From NCBI RefSeq assembly GCF_006345805.1, contig NC_043009.1, positions 61,566,001 to 61,630,000 of the forward strand: DNA of 64,000 bases, given 5' to 3'. Below, one piece after another: positions 1 to 64,000 of the stretch. Position numbers and translations under genes: made by a program. This DNA is from Octopus sinensis (Eukaryota). The notes beneath the pieces were generated by a model, which had not been told where the DNA came from, searched no databases, and saw only the letters and a list, made by a program, of their open reading frames with translations. Positions within the stretch are counted from its first letter, which is position 1. Each line of letters starts with the position of its first letter.

Positions 1-139
1 ATTTTAAATATAGTACTCTGGAATACCAAAACACCGAAAGTACTACGGGTGGTAGGCAAAGTTTTAAACCTTTACTAAAGTGAAAGTGTAGAATTATGCT
101 TGTTAAATTACAAGGTTTAGATGCATTTTTTAAACTCAC

Positions 140-234
140 CTAGACATTTTTACCTAAGGTATCAGTCGAACCTTTGTCACGGCAAGCAATATAAATGAAA
201 GTAGTGTTATCCAAAACCCTCACTCTCCAAAAAC
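140..234 (-). other. Candidate exon of a divergent neighbouring gene (5'UTR plus ATG TCT AG)
   Basis: Minus strand: pyrimidine tract plus AG before 234; AAAAATGTCTAG|GTGAGT donor at 139; possible next acceptor at 44-43 keeps the frame open to the window edge. Splice signals only. Confidence 0.3.
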
Positions 235-607
235 CTATCATAGAGAGAAGATTAGGCAAATAATATGAAAGTAATGTTAATGGCTATAATCCAACATGGT
301 TACAGCCAATAAGCTGGAATGGAATAAGAGGCCTGTATTTGTCATAATCTGGACAGATTTTTTTACATCATATACAAGGCATATTTGTTTTGCATTAAAA
401 TTAATATAGAAATTTTGTTTCTATATGTATATTAAAGAAAACTTATGATTTGACAAAACTAATGCAGCACTTTCACTAAACTCGGAAGTTTTCAGTTCAA
501 AAGCTTTGACTTTTGTTAAGGATCGGAGTGGTTGAATTTCTGACTCCAATGTTTGGATAATGTATGTGGCTAGCAATATCAAGCAGAAGTGTAAGATTGC
601 ATAACAA

Positions 608-910
608 TCATCATCATCATCATCACCATTTAACGTCCTCCTTCCATGCTAGCATGGGTTGGACGATTTGACTGAGGTCTGGCGAACCAATCTTGATCTG
701 GCAGAGTTTCTACAGCTGGATGCCCTTCCTAACGCCAACCACTCCAAGAGTGTAGTGGGTGCTTTTACGTGCCAGTTTGGTGTTAATCTGCAACAGCCAC
801 GCCCAAATGGTGCTTTTTATGTGCCACCTGCACAGGAGCCAGTCCAGCGGCACTGGCAACGACCTCGCTCAAATGTTTCACGTGCCACCAGCACAAGTGC
901 TAGTAAGACG
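608..910 (-). mobile_element. SINE family C (GGAAGGGCATCCAGCTGTAGAAAC core, (ATG)n 3' tail)
   Basis: (CAT)n then GTTTAACGTCC on + strand; about 9 copies in window. Confidence 0.8.
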
Positions 911-1800
911 ACAGTGTTTGGTCCTAATTTAGTAACGGATACACCTTCAACATTCACGAGGAAGCACTTAATCATGCACTCATTTCTTCACCAGTGAATG
1001 TAACATTGGTGCAAAAATCTTTCTGCAAAGTCCTTGAAAATTTTTGTGATTTCTCTCTTGTTCAATTCTTTTTTTTTTTTAATGAAATTAATGCATTTTG
1101 TCACCACTTTCATCATGTTGCTCATTCTTCGAGAATGTGCACGTAAATTTCAAACAAAGATGTACTATTATGCTCTTAGAATAGTGTTGATAGTTCCCCA
1201 ATTCTTTTTTGATCAAAACGCAAGTATTTTTCAGATCTTATATTGACATATCATAGATAACTATGCAAACTTTTTGATGCTGTTTCAAGAATTCTGTTTC
1301 AAGTATATTAAATATCATTAACCTTCCTCCAGGATAAACTAATGTTCTCAAAATATTTTTCTGGGGGTTAAAATTCTCACAAACACAGCTGTATATTCCT
1401 TACCAAACTTGCTTTCAGTGTTTAGTTTCACTTTCTTTGCAGTTAGCTTATACACTTCATAACTTGCTTTACAGAAGTTTTTTAATTAATACATTGGCAC
1501 AGATGTGGCTCTATGGTTAAGATTGCTTTCCAACCGCATGGTTTTGGGTTCGCTATTATTGTAGGCTGACCAAAGAAAAAGCCTTGTGAGTGAATTTGGT
1601 AGACTGAAACTTAAAAAAAAAATTTTTTTTAAACCCTGTTATGTGTATATGTGCGTGAGTGTTTCTTTGTTTTGACATCAAATAGTAGTTGTAAACAAGG
1701 ATCACCTTCAAACAAGCAGTGTTGTTCAGTTCCAGTCTTCCATAAAAAATGTTTGGCAATAGTAGAAACTCTAACTCATGCAAACATGGAAAAGTAGACA

Positions 1801-2029
1801 TTAACCCTTTTGTTACCGTATTCCTGTTGAGATGCTCTGTGTTTCTTTCAGTTACTTTAAATATAACAAAGAATTTAGTGAAATAACTTAGTTATCATTA
1901 AGCTAGTGTTAGGAACATAAACTGTGACTAAGGTTTGGTGGAAGATTTTAATTCAAATCTTATGAAAACATAACATTTGTATTGCAGAGCCAAAGGTGGA
2001 TTCAGCTGGGTTGATATCAAAAGGGTTAA
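1801..2029. mobile_element. piggyBac-like MITE family E1
   Basis: TTAA-CCCTTTT...AAAAGGG-TTAA. Confidence 0.8.
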
Positions 2030-2676
2030 AATGATGATGATGATGATGATGGTCTTTTGATGATAGATTACTGTTGCCATAAAGATTATTTTAAAGCTGC
2101 TAATCTAAAGGCAGAGTTCCTCTTATTTTTTAATATTCTTTATGTTCAGTCAAATAGTAGTAGCATTCAAAATCGTACTTTATATGCTACAGACCCTTCC
2201 AAAACTAGCATTATAAGATTACCAATGAAGACAATCAAAATAATACATATTGTCCTATTATAATGAGTAAGTAATAAATATTGCCCTAGCATAATAAGAT
2301 TACCAACAAAGACAATCATACAATATCAATATATGTAATAATACAAACAACAAAACCTCCATAAGCCATGAACCCTTTGACAAGTTAAGCCTTATGAGAA
2401 TGAAGGATAACTCAGAATAACAAGATATAAAAGATTCACAGACAACAAGTATGTCAAACATATACTCCCATCATCGGCTGCCTAATGGATGTCACTATGG
2501 TTTTGATACCTGGGCAGTACCATTTAATCCAGTGGTGTCAACAGTGTTAAAAATATTAACACTGCCTGGGAATCAGTTGACAAGTAGCAGGAGTGAAACA
2601 GTGTAATATGTCGATTACATCTACACAAGGGCTTATTATTACAAATACCAGCATCAAATGTAAACAAATTCTGACA

Positions 2677-2876
2677 AACACTTTAGCATACAAACCGGCC
2701 ATATCCAACTCAAACTGGCCAGATCAGGCCTCGCACCTGCCCTACAATGTCATACTAACAGTAAACAATCATATCATTGAAATCTCATTGCTGTGAGATA
2801 ATGCATGATTAATTCAAAACAATATGAATAAATGAGCATCATATTTGACAGAATTATCTGAATGCTAAAGGGTTAA
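2677..2876. mobile_element. piggyBac-like MITE E2, decayed left end
   Basis: Internal similarity to E2 and AATGCTAAAGGGTTAA right end. Confidence 0.7.
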
Positions 2877-4299
2877 ACCTGTAGCTACAAAGTATATCAA
2901 ATAAAAACAAAGAAATATTTCCCTCCAAAATAACATGGCTATTTCAAAAACTATAGACTGTAATCACACCTTTCAGAATAAGGCATACTTTTCATTTACC
3001 TCTTTGCAAAAATAATTTGCTGTCCATTTTTATATCAAAGAACTTTTGCCAGCAACAGTTATTCTTTCATTAAGTATTATCCTTTGCAGAAAGGGTCACT
3101 TACTGTTATATACTTAACAATTTTGATATAGAATCTGTAAAAAGAATAGACAAATGAAGTGGTAAGTACTAAAAATGTTAATTAACTGTAAATAAAGGTG
3201 TGACTAATACATCTTTAAATTCATATGAATTTCAACATTATGGTTAATATCGCAAAACAAGCATTACGGTTGACAAAAATGAGTTTATTTACGAGTTGTT
3301 GAAATTATATTAAATTACTGCTTTGATCTTAATGATTAAACATTTTATTTTTTGTTTTGTTTTTCATGTGGGTGTTTTAAAGAACTTTCTTAGCGGACAG
3401 TTTCAAATTTTGTCTGCAGGTGATGTTTCTCTATCCTTCTCCATCTCTTTCATCCCTTCTTGATTTCTAGCTTGGTCTCTACAAGAAGAGTATTTATTTT
3501 ATCTTTCTGAGTTACTATTTGGCCTTTGATGAACATAAAATATTTTAACCTAATTTCCACGTGGATTATCCTTTACTGGAATTGAAAGATTGATTTCTTT
3601 GGTTAGTTTTCAGAATTTAGAGTCTCTAAAATATTTGTCTAGGTCTCAGTGATTTTAATTGATTCAATCCATTTGAAATATACTTCAGATCTTTACCAAT
3701 CATTTATTTATTGTTGGAAGATATTTTATTCCAAATAACTGCAGGTAAATTGCAATGTGATACATATATAAGGTTTGTGATTAAAGTACATGATACCTTT
3801 GGTGAGTTCAGTTAACTCTTTCCCTGTCTGCAGCTGCTGACATCTTTGTGTTATGGTTACTGCTATACATAACAGTTTTGCTATTTTCTTTTGTCAGTTG
3901 TTATTTCTTTTGTGTTAACAGTCTGCAGCCAATATTTAATTGCTCTTATTAATTTAGATTGGTAGAAAGGCAAACAAAATGTCTTGGGGTACTTAGTTCT
4001 TTGTTCTGATTTCAAATCCTGTTAAAGTCAGCTTTGCCTTTTCACTTTTCCAAAGTCGATAAAAAATATTTATCAGTCAAGTTGATGTAAATGACTATAC
4101 TCTTCCTTTAAATTTGAAGCCTTGTACATATATAAGATATATTGTTCATTGTAATTGTTCTAATGCAATGATTTGAGTCCAGAATTTGAACTATAAAGAT
4201 GGGATTTTATTCTATCATTTGGAAATTTTGTTGCAGATAATGTATTGCGAGTTGATTTTTATCTTAAAAGGGTTAATAAAATATAGCTAGTAATGCACT

Positions 4300-4845
4300 T
4301 GTTAGTCACCAACATTACCAGTTACTAATAGCTAGCATTGCCTGTTGATAAAAACAAAGACAAGCGTTGTCAGTTGATACTCACTAGTATTGCCATTTGA
4401 TACTTGCAAACATTGTCAGTTGATACTTACCAACATTGTTAGTTACATTTGCTGGCTCTGCCAGTTATCTTTACAGCATTGCTGTTTTATACTAGCTAGC
4501 ATTGCTAGTTGATAGTCACCAACATTGCATTTACTGATAAAAACTAACTAGTTTTGCCAACTAACAACACAAGTTGTTATTACCGGTTGATACTTCTCAG
4601 CATAACCACTTGATACTTGGCAACACTAGTTGATTGTTATGACATCTGTTTGATATTTACTAGCATTGCCAGCTGCTATTCTGCACTGTTGATATAAGCT
4701 GGTATTACTAGTTAATAGTTTCTCTCATAACCAATGGAAACTAGTCGGCATTACCAATTACCAGATAAATATTTGCTAGCCTTGCCAGTTGAATATTAGC
4801 CAGCATTGCTTGTTGATGCTCATGAGTGTTGCCAATTGTTACCAG
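4300..4845 (+). repeat. Degenerate minisatellite, about 20-23 bp unit (ACTAGCATTGCCAGTTGAT-like)
   Basis: Recurrent AGCATTG/AACATTG and CAGTTGAT motifs at about 22-bp spacing. Confidence 0.65.
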
Positions 4846-6857
4846 CTTGCAGAGCTGTTATTAAAAAATGCTTTGTATAAGATCTTCCTTAACTTTTAAA
4901 ATACAAATTTAATTTCTATGATAATAGTGTAATTATACTGTACTTACAGTCCATTACAGTACTTCAGTTACATTGTCTTATATAGTACTTTAGTTACATG
5001 TTGGTACTTTATATCTCATCAACTGTGTCTTGTAAATTAGTTCACTGTTTATTGTAAGGCAGTGAAGGGTGTATATAATCTTGCAGTAATGGACTGAATC
5101 TTGGCCAAATTCCTTGATAAACCACAGTAGACTCAATGGTTAAATAATGAATACACTAGTAGAGAATAATGACATGTAATGTCCAAGTGTATGAATGTAT
5201 TAGTCTCGTTTGTGGGTTATCTGTTTGTAATATGTAAACATTTGTTCAAAATGTTTTGTGGCATTTCATCCACTTTTACTTTCTCAGTTCAAAATTCCAC
5301 TGTGGTTGACTTTGCCTTTCATCCTTTTGGTGTCGATGAAATAAGTACCAGTTGAATGCTGGGGTCAATGTAATCGACTTACACCCTACCCCAGACTTGC
5401 TGGCCTTGTGTCAAAATTTGAAACCATTAAGTGTGCATTTGTTATTCTCATAGAATATTGAATTATTTTTCACCTCTGCCTGCTTAGAAAGCAGTTGTTA
5501 TTGTCAAAAGAAGTCACTAAATTGATCTGAGGGTGTTTTTGAATTCTGCCAATAGTCTCCTGGCCACTAGAAGAGAATAGTACTAACAATACACTCCATC
5601 TAATAAATTTTCTTGGTTTGAAATTGAAGGCAAGTGCATACGTATAAAATAAGTGAATGCATTAAAATGAATGGAGAGAGACAATGAGATATGAATTATT
5701 TCTGAAGAGGTTTATTTTTGAAGAAATAATCATTTTGTGAATCTTTTTAGTCTTAACAATTTGGAGAATATAATTAAGATTTCTAATGAAAATTGATGTC
5801 TGTTGTCATTGTTTAAAATAACCAACTTGAGGCTCATTAGTCAGAAATCTGTCTGTACAAGCCATATATAATAATATTTCACTAGATTATCATGCAAATC
5901 TGTAGCATAGTGTAAATGGTAAGCTGTTATTAGTATTGAGGTTTCCATTTGAAGTTGCAGTCATTGACTTTGAGGAAGATGTTTGTTGTCTTAACCATCA
6001 ACTCTCCCTAAAACTTTTACACTTCATGCCTTCTTGGCAATGGGTAACCACTCCAGTGAACAAAGTTTTCCTTGAGACATTGATATAGAATCACAATAAA
6101 CTGAATTTCTTTCTGTTTCAGGAAGTAACATCTATATCAGATTTTAAATCAAATTTCCTTCATTAACAGCTCTCTAATTAAAACATGATTTATTCAAACA
6201 TTAATTCATATAAATGATAATGAAGCAACATTAGAGTAATCAAGCGATCTGAAAAAGTCCAGTTATGAAGTTATACTATGGGAATATCAAGTTAGTAGAC
6301 TTGTGTTTGAGGGTTAGTAGACTTGTGTTTGAGGGTGTATTGAGGAGGGTGTAAGGGTTTCAAGTAACATACTTTGAGAATTCCACCTGTAATGAAATTA
6401 ACCAAACATTAGAAATGAACGATCACAAAGCAACAACAAAAATAGTTCTATGATATATTGTCATAAAATTCACCAAAGACCAGAGTTACCTCTAGTTTTC
6501 ATATTTGCGGTAAAATTAGTCCATGGCTTTACAGATTAGGGATTAGATAAAGAAGGGAGCATGTTTAACCCTTTATGACCTTGTTTCTAGTGAAAAACAC
6601 TCAGTATGTTTCAGTTAAATTTGATAATAGTAGAAAAAATTTGGAATCATTTCGTAGAATAACAATTTAGCTGTAAGCATGCTGGTGTTTGGATCCTAAC
6701 TTATCAAAAAGTTCTTGTAGATAATAGTGATGGACGGTTTTAATTTAGATATGAACTCTTGAAAATCATAAAAACACATGCCACTCAGATGGATTGCTAA
6801 GAAAAGAGTGATGCCTGTTTCTACAACTAAACTTTTATCAAGTTTTTGATAATGATA

Positions 6858-7042
6858 ATCATCATCATCATCGTTTAACGTCCGTTCTCCATGCTAGCAT
6901 GGGTTGGACGGTTCGACCGGGGATCTGGGAAGCCAGAAGGCTGCACCAGGCTCCAGTCTTATCTGGCAATGTTTCTACAGCTGGATGCCCTTCCTAACGC
7001 CAACCACTCCAAGAGTGTAGTGGGTGCTTTTTACGTGCCACC
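6858..7042 (-). mobile_element. SINE family C, 3' part
   Basis: Same core and tail. Confidence 0.8.
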
Positions 7043-7708
7043 GTTGTGCCTTTTAGTTTTGGTTTGTGCCTTATTCTTTGTTTCACAGGAGAATAGCTAT
7101 CCAAACTAATGTACCCCAGTGCATGTGTGTGGGTGTGTGTTCATTTGTTTTTACGCCTGTCTTTTTATGCCTGCATGAGTTAGATGAATATATTATCGAG
7201 GTATTGTTTTTATAGCCAGATGGTGTTCCTGTTGTTACCCCCCCCTCTCTTGCTCTCTCTCGCACACACACACACACACACAGAGGTGTAGTGGTGGTGA
7301 TGGTAATAATGGATAAGACTGATCTATGTATGATATTGTTTTTAAAATCTTCTGAAGTAAACCTTACAACCTCATTACTCACATGAAAGGCAATTTATAA
7401 GTGAAGAATGTTTATGTATTTAAAAAGTAACAAAACTTGTCTATTTGATATTTTGAAATTAGTTAATTAGTTGTCTGTTGATAAGGTTGGTAATATGGTT
7501 ATATTGTCTCATTTTTTGTATTTCTAAAATATTTACACTAATGTTGCTGTTGGGTCAGTTCAGCTCTTAATGGGCTGCCCAGCTGTCTATATACTCTGCA
7601 GCGTCTTTGGTAATACTAGTGCTTTGCAGTCCACATCAATTGTCAACAACACTAGTTGCTACTAATAGTACTGCTGCTACTGCTACATTAAATTATTATT
7701 ATTATTAT

Positions 7709-8250
7709 TGAGTGAGAGAGCAGTGCATGCCATCAAAGTGACACTGGGGTAAAATATACGAAGCCCAGTATACCCATCATGACTACCCATCTGATAAGGG
7801 TACACCAGGCACATGCATCACAACCATATGTGTGCGACATGATGATAAACAGCACATGACCTTGTAGGTGGTGCGCAGTTAGAATTTTCTTCTGGTCGAG
7901 TAACCCATCCTGCTCAAAAGGTCCCTGAATAAGGGTTGTTTAAGGATGTTGAACGAACCACCCATGTTTCCAAAGGTGAATTATCCAAACCTCTAAGAAT
8001 TCTTTCAACACACGGCTATGATGCTCCCCCACTACTTCTGCTCATGATCAGAGATGCACATATCATCAGCCACCAAGGGACATGCTCAACTGGTTACGGT
8101 CAAACAACTGACAAGCAAATCTGTGGTATTGAGCAGAATATTTGCTGTAGCCCATCTTTTATACCAAGACAAAACAATGTACATGATAACACTTCCAATC
8201 AGTTAAGATCAGAAGCCATGAGAGCCACTGCCTGGTACTGCATCAGGGCA
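7709..8250. mobile_element. Unclassified GC-richer interspersed element flanked by (TTA)n on both sides
   Basis: Compositional shift bounded by (TTA)n at about 7692-7708 and 8251-8274; single copy in window. Confidence 0.4.
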
Positions 8251-8280
8251 TTTATTATTATTATTATTATTATTAAGAAT

Positions 8281-8670
8281 GCGGTGAACTGGCAGAATTG
8301 TCAGCATGCTAGGTGAAATGCTTAGCAGCATTTTGTTTGAGCTTTTGGTCTGAGTTCAAATTCTGCCGAGGTCGACTTTGCCTTTCATCCTTTCAGGGTC
8401 GATGAAATGAGTACCAGTTACACACTGGGGTTGGTGTAATTGACTAGCCCCCTTCTCCCAAATTTGAGGCCTTGTGCTTCTAAGGCAGGCTGGCAGAACT
8501 GTTAGAGCGCTGGGCAAAAGGCTTCACAACATTTCTTGCAGCTTTACATTATGAGTTCAAATTCCTTTCCGGGTCAGTAAAATAAGTACCAGTTGTGCAC
8601 TGGAGTCAATACCATTAACTGGTCGGCTTCCCTCCCAATATTTCAGGCCTTGTGCCTATAGTAGAAAGGA
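8281..8670 (+). mobile_element. Two tandem SINE family B copies (head GGCGGTGAGCTGGCAGAA, core GCCTTTCATCCTTT...AAGTACCAG)
   Basis: B-box-like GAGTTCAAATTC; core recurs more than 10 times in window. Confidence 0.75.
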
Positions 8671-9015
8671 TTGTTATGAATCCTCTTTATTGTTTTACGG
8701 TGTTGTTACATCAAGCTGTGGAGTAATGTGAAAGAAAATAGATTCATTTTAGGCCATACTGCTTAGAAAGATGATACCAGCAGTTACGGACTTGCAGGGG
8801 TCCAATGGCTTGTTGGAGTATCTATATTGATAACCTATCAGCTCTTTTATACTGTTAAATTGCAACAGTAAAATTTGGTTCTCTGAGAGTGGCTGTGGTA
8901 AGAAGTTTGTTTCCCAACCACATGGACTGCATGGCGCTTTGGCCAAGTGTCTTCTACTGTAGTCTTGGGCTGACTAAAAGCTTTCTGTGTAGATTTGAAA
9001 GAAGTCCATCATATA

Positions 9016-9411
9016 GGCGCAGGAGTGGCTGTGTGGTAAGTAGCTTGTTTACCAACCACATGGTTCCGAGTTCAGTCCCACTGCATGGCACCTTGGGCAA
9101 GTGTCTTCTACTATAGCCTCGGGCCGACCAAAGCCTTGTGAGTGGATTTGGTAGACGGAAACTGAAAGAAGCCCATCGTATATATGTATATATATATATA
9201 TATGCGTGTGTGTGTTTGTCCCCCTAGCATTGCTTGACAACCTATGCTGGTGTGTTTATGTCCCCGTTACTTAGCGGTTCGGCAAAAGAGACCAATAGAA
9301 TAAGTACTGGGCTTACAAAAGAATAAGTCCCGGGGTCGATTTGCTCGATTAAAGGCGGTGCTCCAGCATGGCCACAGTCAAATGACTGAAACAAGTAAAA
9401 GAGTAAAAGAG
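9016..9411 (+). mobile_element. SINE family A (tRNA-type head GGCGCAGGAGTGGCTGTGTGG, (GTAAAAGA)n tail)
   Basis: A/B-box-like head, internal (TA)n(TG)n, about 10 copies in window. Confidence 0.85.
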
Positions 9412-9717
9412 ATATATATATATGTGTGTGTGTGTGTATTGTTGTGTTTGTCCTCACTACCATTTGACATCAGTGTTGGTTTGTTCATATCCCCATGACT
9501 TAGTGGTTTGAGTGGGTTGGCAAAAAGAGACTAAAATAGAATAAGACTTAAAAAGAAAAAATGCAACAAGTACTGGGGCCAATTCGGTCAAGTAAAACCC
9601 TTCAACACAGTGTCCCAGCACAGCCACAATCTTCTGAAATGAATAAAAAATAAAGATACCTATTTCTTTACTACCCACAAGGGGCTAAACACAGAGAGGA
9701 CAAACAAGGACGGACAT

Positions 9718-9875
9718 AGGTATTAAGTCGATTATATCGACCCCAGTGCGTAACTGGTACTTATTTAATCGATTCCGAAAGGATGAAAGGCAAAGTCGAA
9801 CTCAGAACGTAGCGGCAGATGAAATACTGCTAAGCATTTCGCCCGGCGCGCTAACGTTTCCGCCAGCTCAGCACC
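9718..9875 (-). mobile_element. SINE family B, antisense, internally deleted
   Basis: Reverse-complement match to family B. Confidence 0.75.
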
Positions 9876-9897
9876 TTAAAAATAAAGATACCGGTTC

Positions 9898-9928
<31 letters not shown>

Positions 9929-10193
9929 CCTCCTCTGTCTCTCCTCTCTCCCTCTCTCTCTGATCTCTGCATCCCATTTGTTCTTTAATAATTATTAAGT
10001 AAAATCATTATTGCTGTTTTAAAGCACTTTTAATCATTTTGAGATATTGCAAGATTGTTTTTGTTTGCACAGTCGAAATGTTTGCATTGAATTCTAAGTT
10101 ATGTCTTTCTCTTTTCCCTTCCACTTGTAGGTTTTTTGTGTTGCTATTATTGCCATAGCTGTTCCTGTGTAAGCAGCAGGATCATTGTACAGT

Positions 10194-63931
<53,738 letters not shown>

Positions 63932-64000
63932 GTAAGTATTTTGTTCTCTGCTTTTCCACATCAATTGGCTTTCTTCTTTTCAGGCTTGAGACTTACTTAA

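Noticed and set aside
3180-3430. Possible promoter/first non-coding exon of brahma (a few CpGs, nearby splice-like sites)
   Set aside because: No diagnostic core-promoter or CpG-island signal; cannot be placed without transcript data
6291-6334. Exact 22-bp tandem duplication
   Set aside because: Ordinary slippage duplication with no further structure
8749-9988. Short ORFs such as MSSNARGTN..., MLGGQT..., MFLQLDALPNANHS... recurring through the window
   Set aside because: They are translations of SINE families A, B and C

Overview
AT-rich eukaryotic genomic DNA. The interspersed repeat families look like those of an octopus/coleoid cephalopod (inference from recalled SINE sequences). Almost the whole window is one intron-rich + strand gene, the Brahma/SMARCA2/SMARCA4 SWI/SNF ATPase. 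I reconstructed 31 coding exons by hand (ATG 10194 to 61348, 4686 nt, 1562 codons, all splice phases consistent) plus a tentative 32nd mini-exon at 63899-63931. No stop codon is reached, so the gene probably continues past the window edge. Domains seen: QLQ, HSA, BRK, SNF2 ATPase/helicase (DEGH box), SnAC region and bromodomain. The introns carry four tRNA-type/RTE-tailed SINE families, two or three TTAA-targeting piggyBac-like MITE families, two hAT MITEs with 8-bp TSDs, a mariner (about DD37D) relic and RTE LINE relics. Most short ORFs in the supplied track are repeat-derived or exon read-throughs. Most notable observations: (1) a decayed tandem duplicate of the start-codon exon that kept its acceptor but lost its donor; (2) two palindromic elements in intron 2 carrying minimal type-I hammerhead ribozyme motifs (Penelope-like); (3) a GC/GT in-frame alternative donor pair where vertebrate BRG1 is also alternatively spliced; (4) several long fold-back structures that could be A-to-I editing substrates; (5) a datable nest of hAT MITE, piggyBac MITE and a perfect 273-bp duplication. 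Repeat boundaries are approximate unless a TSD or TIR fixes them.
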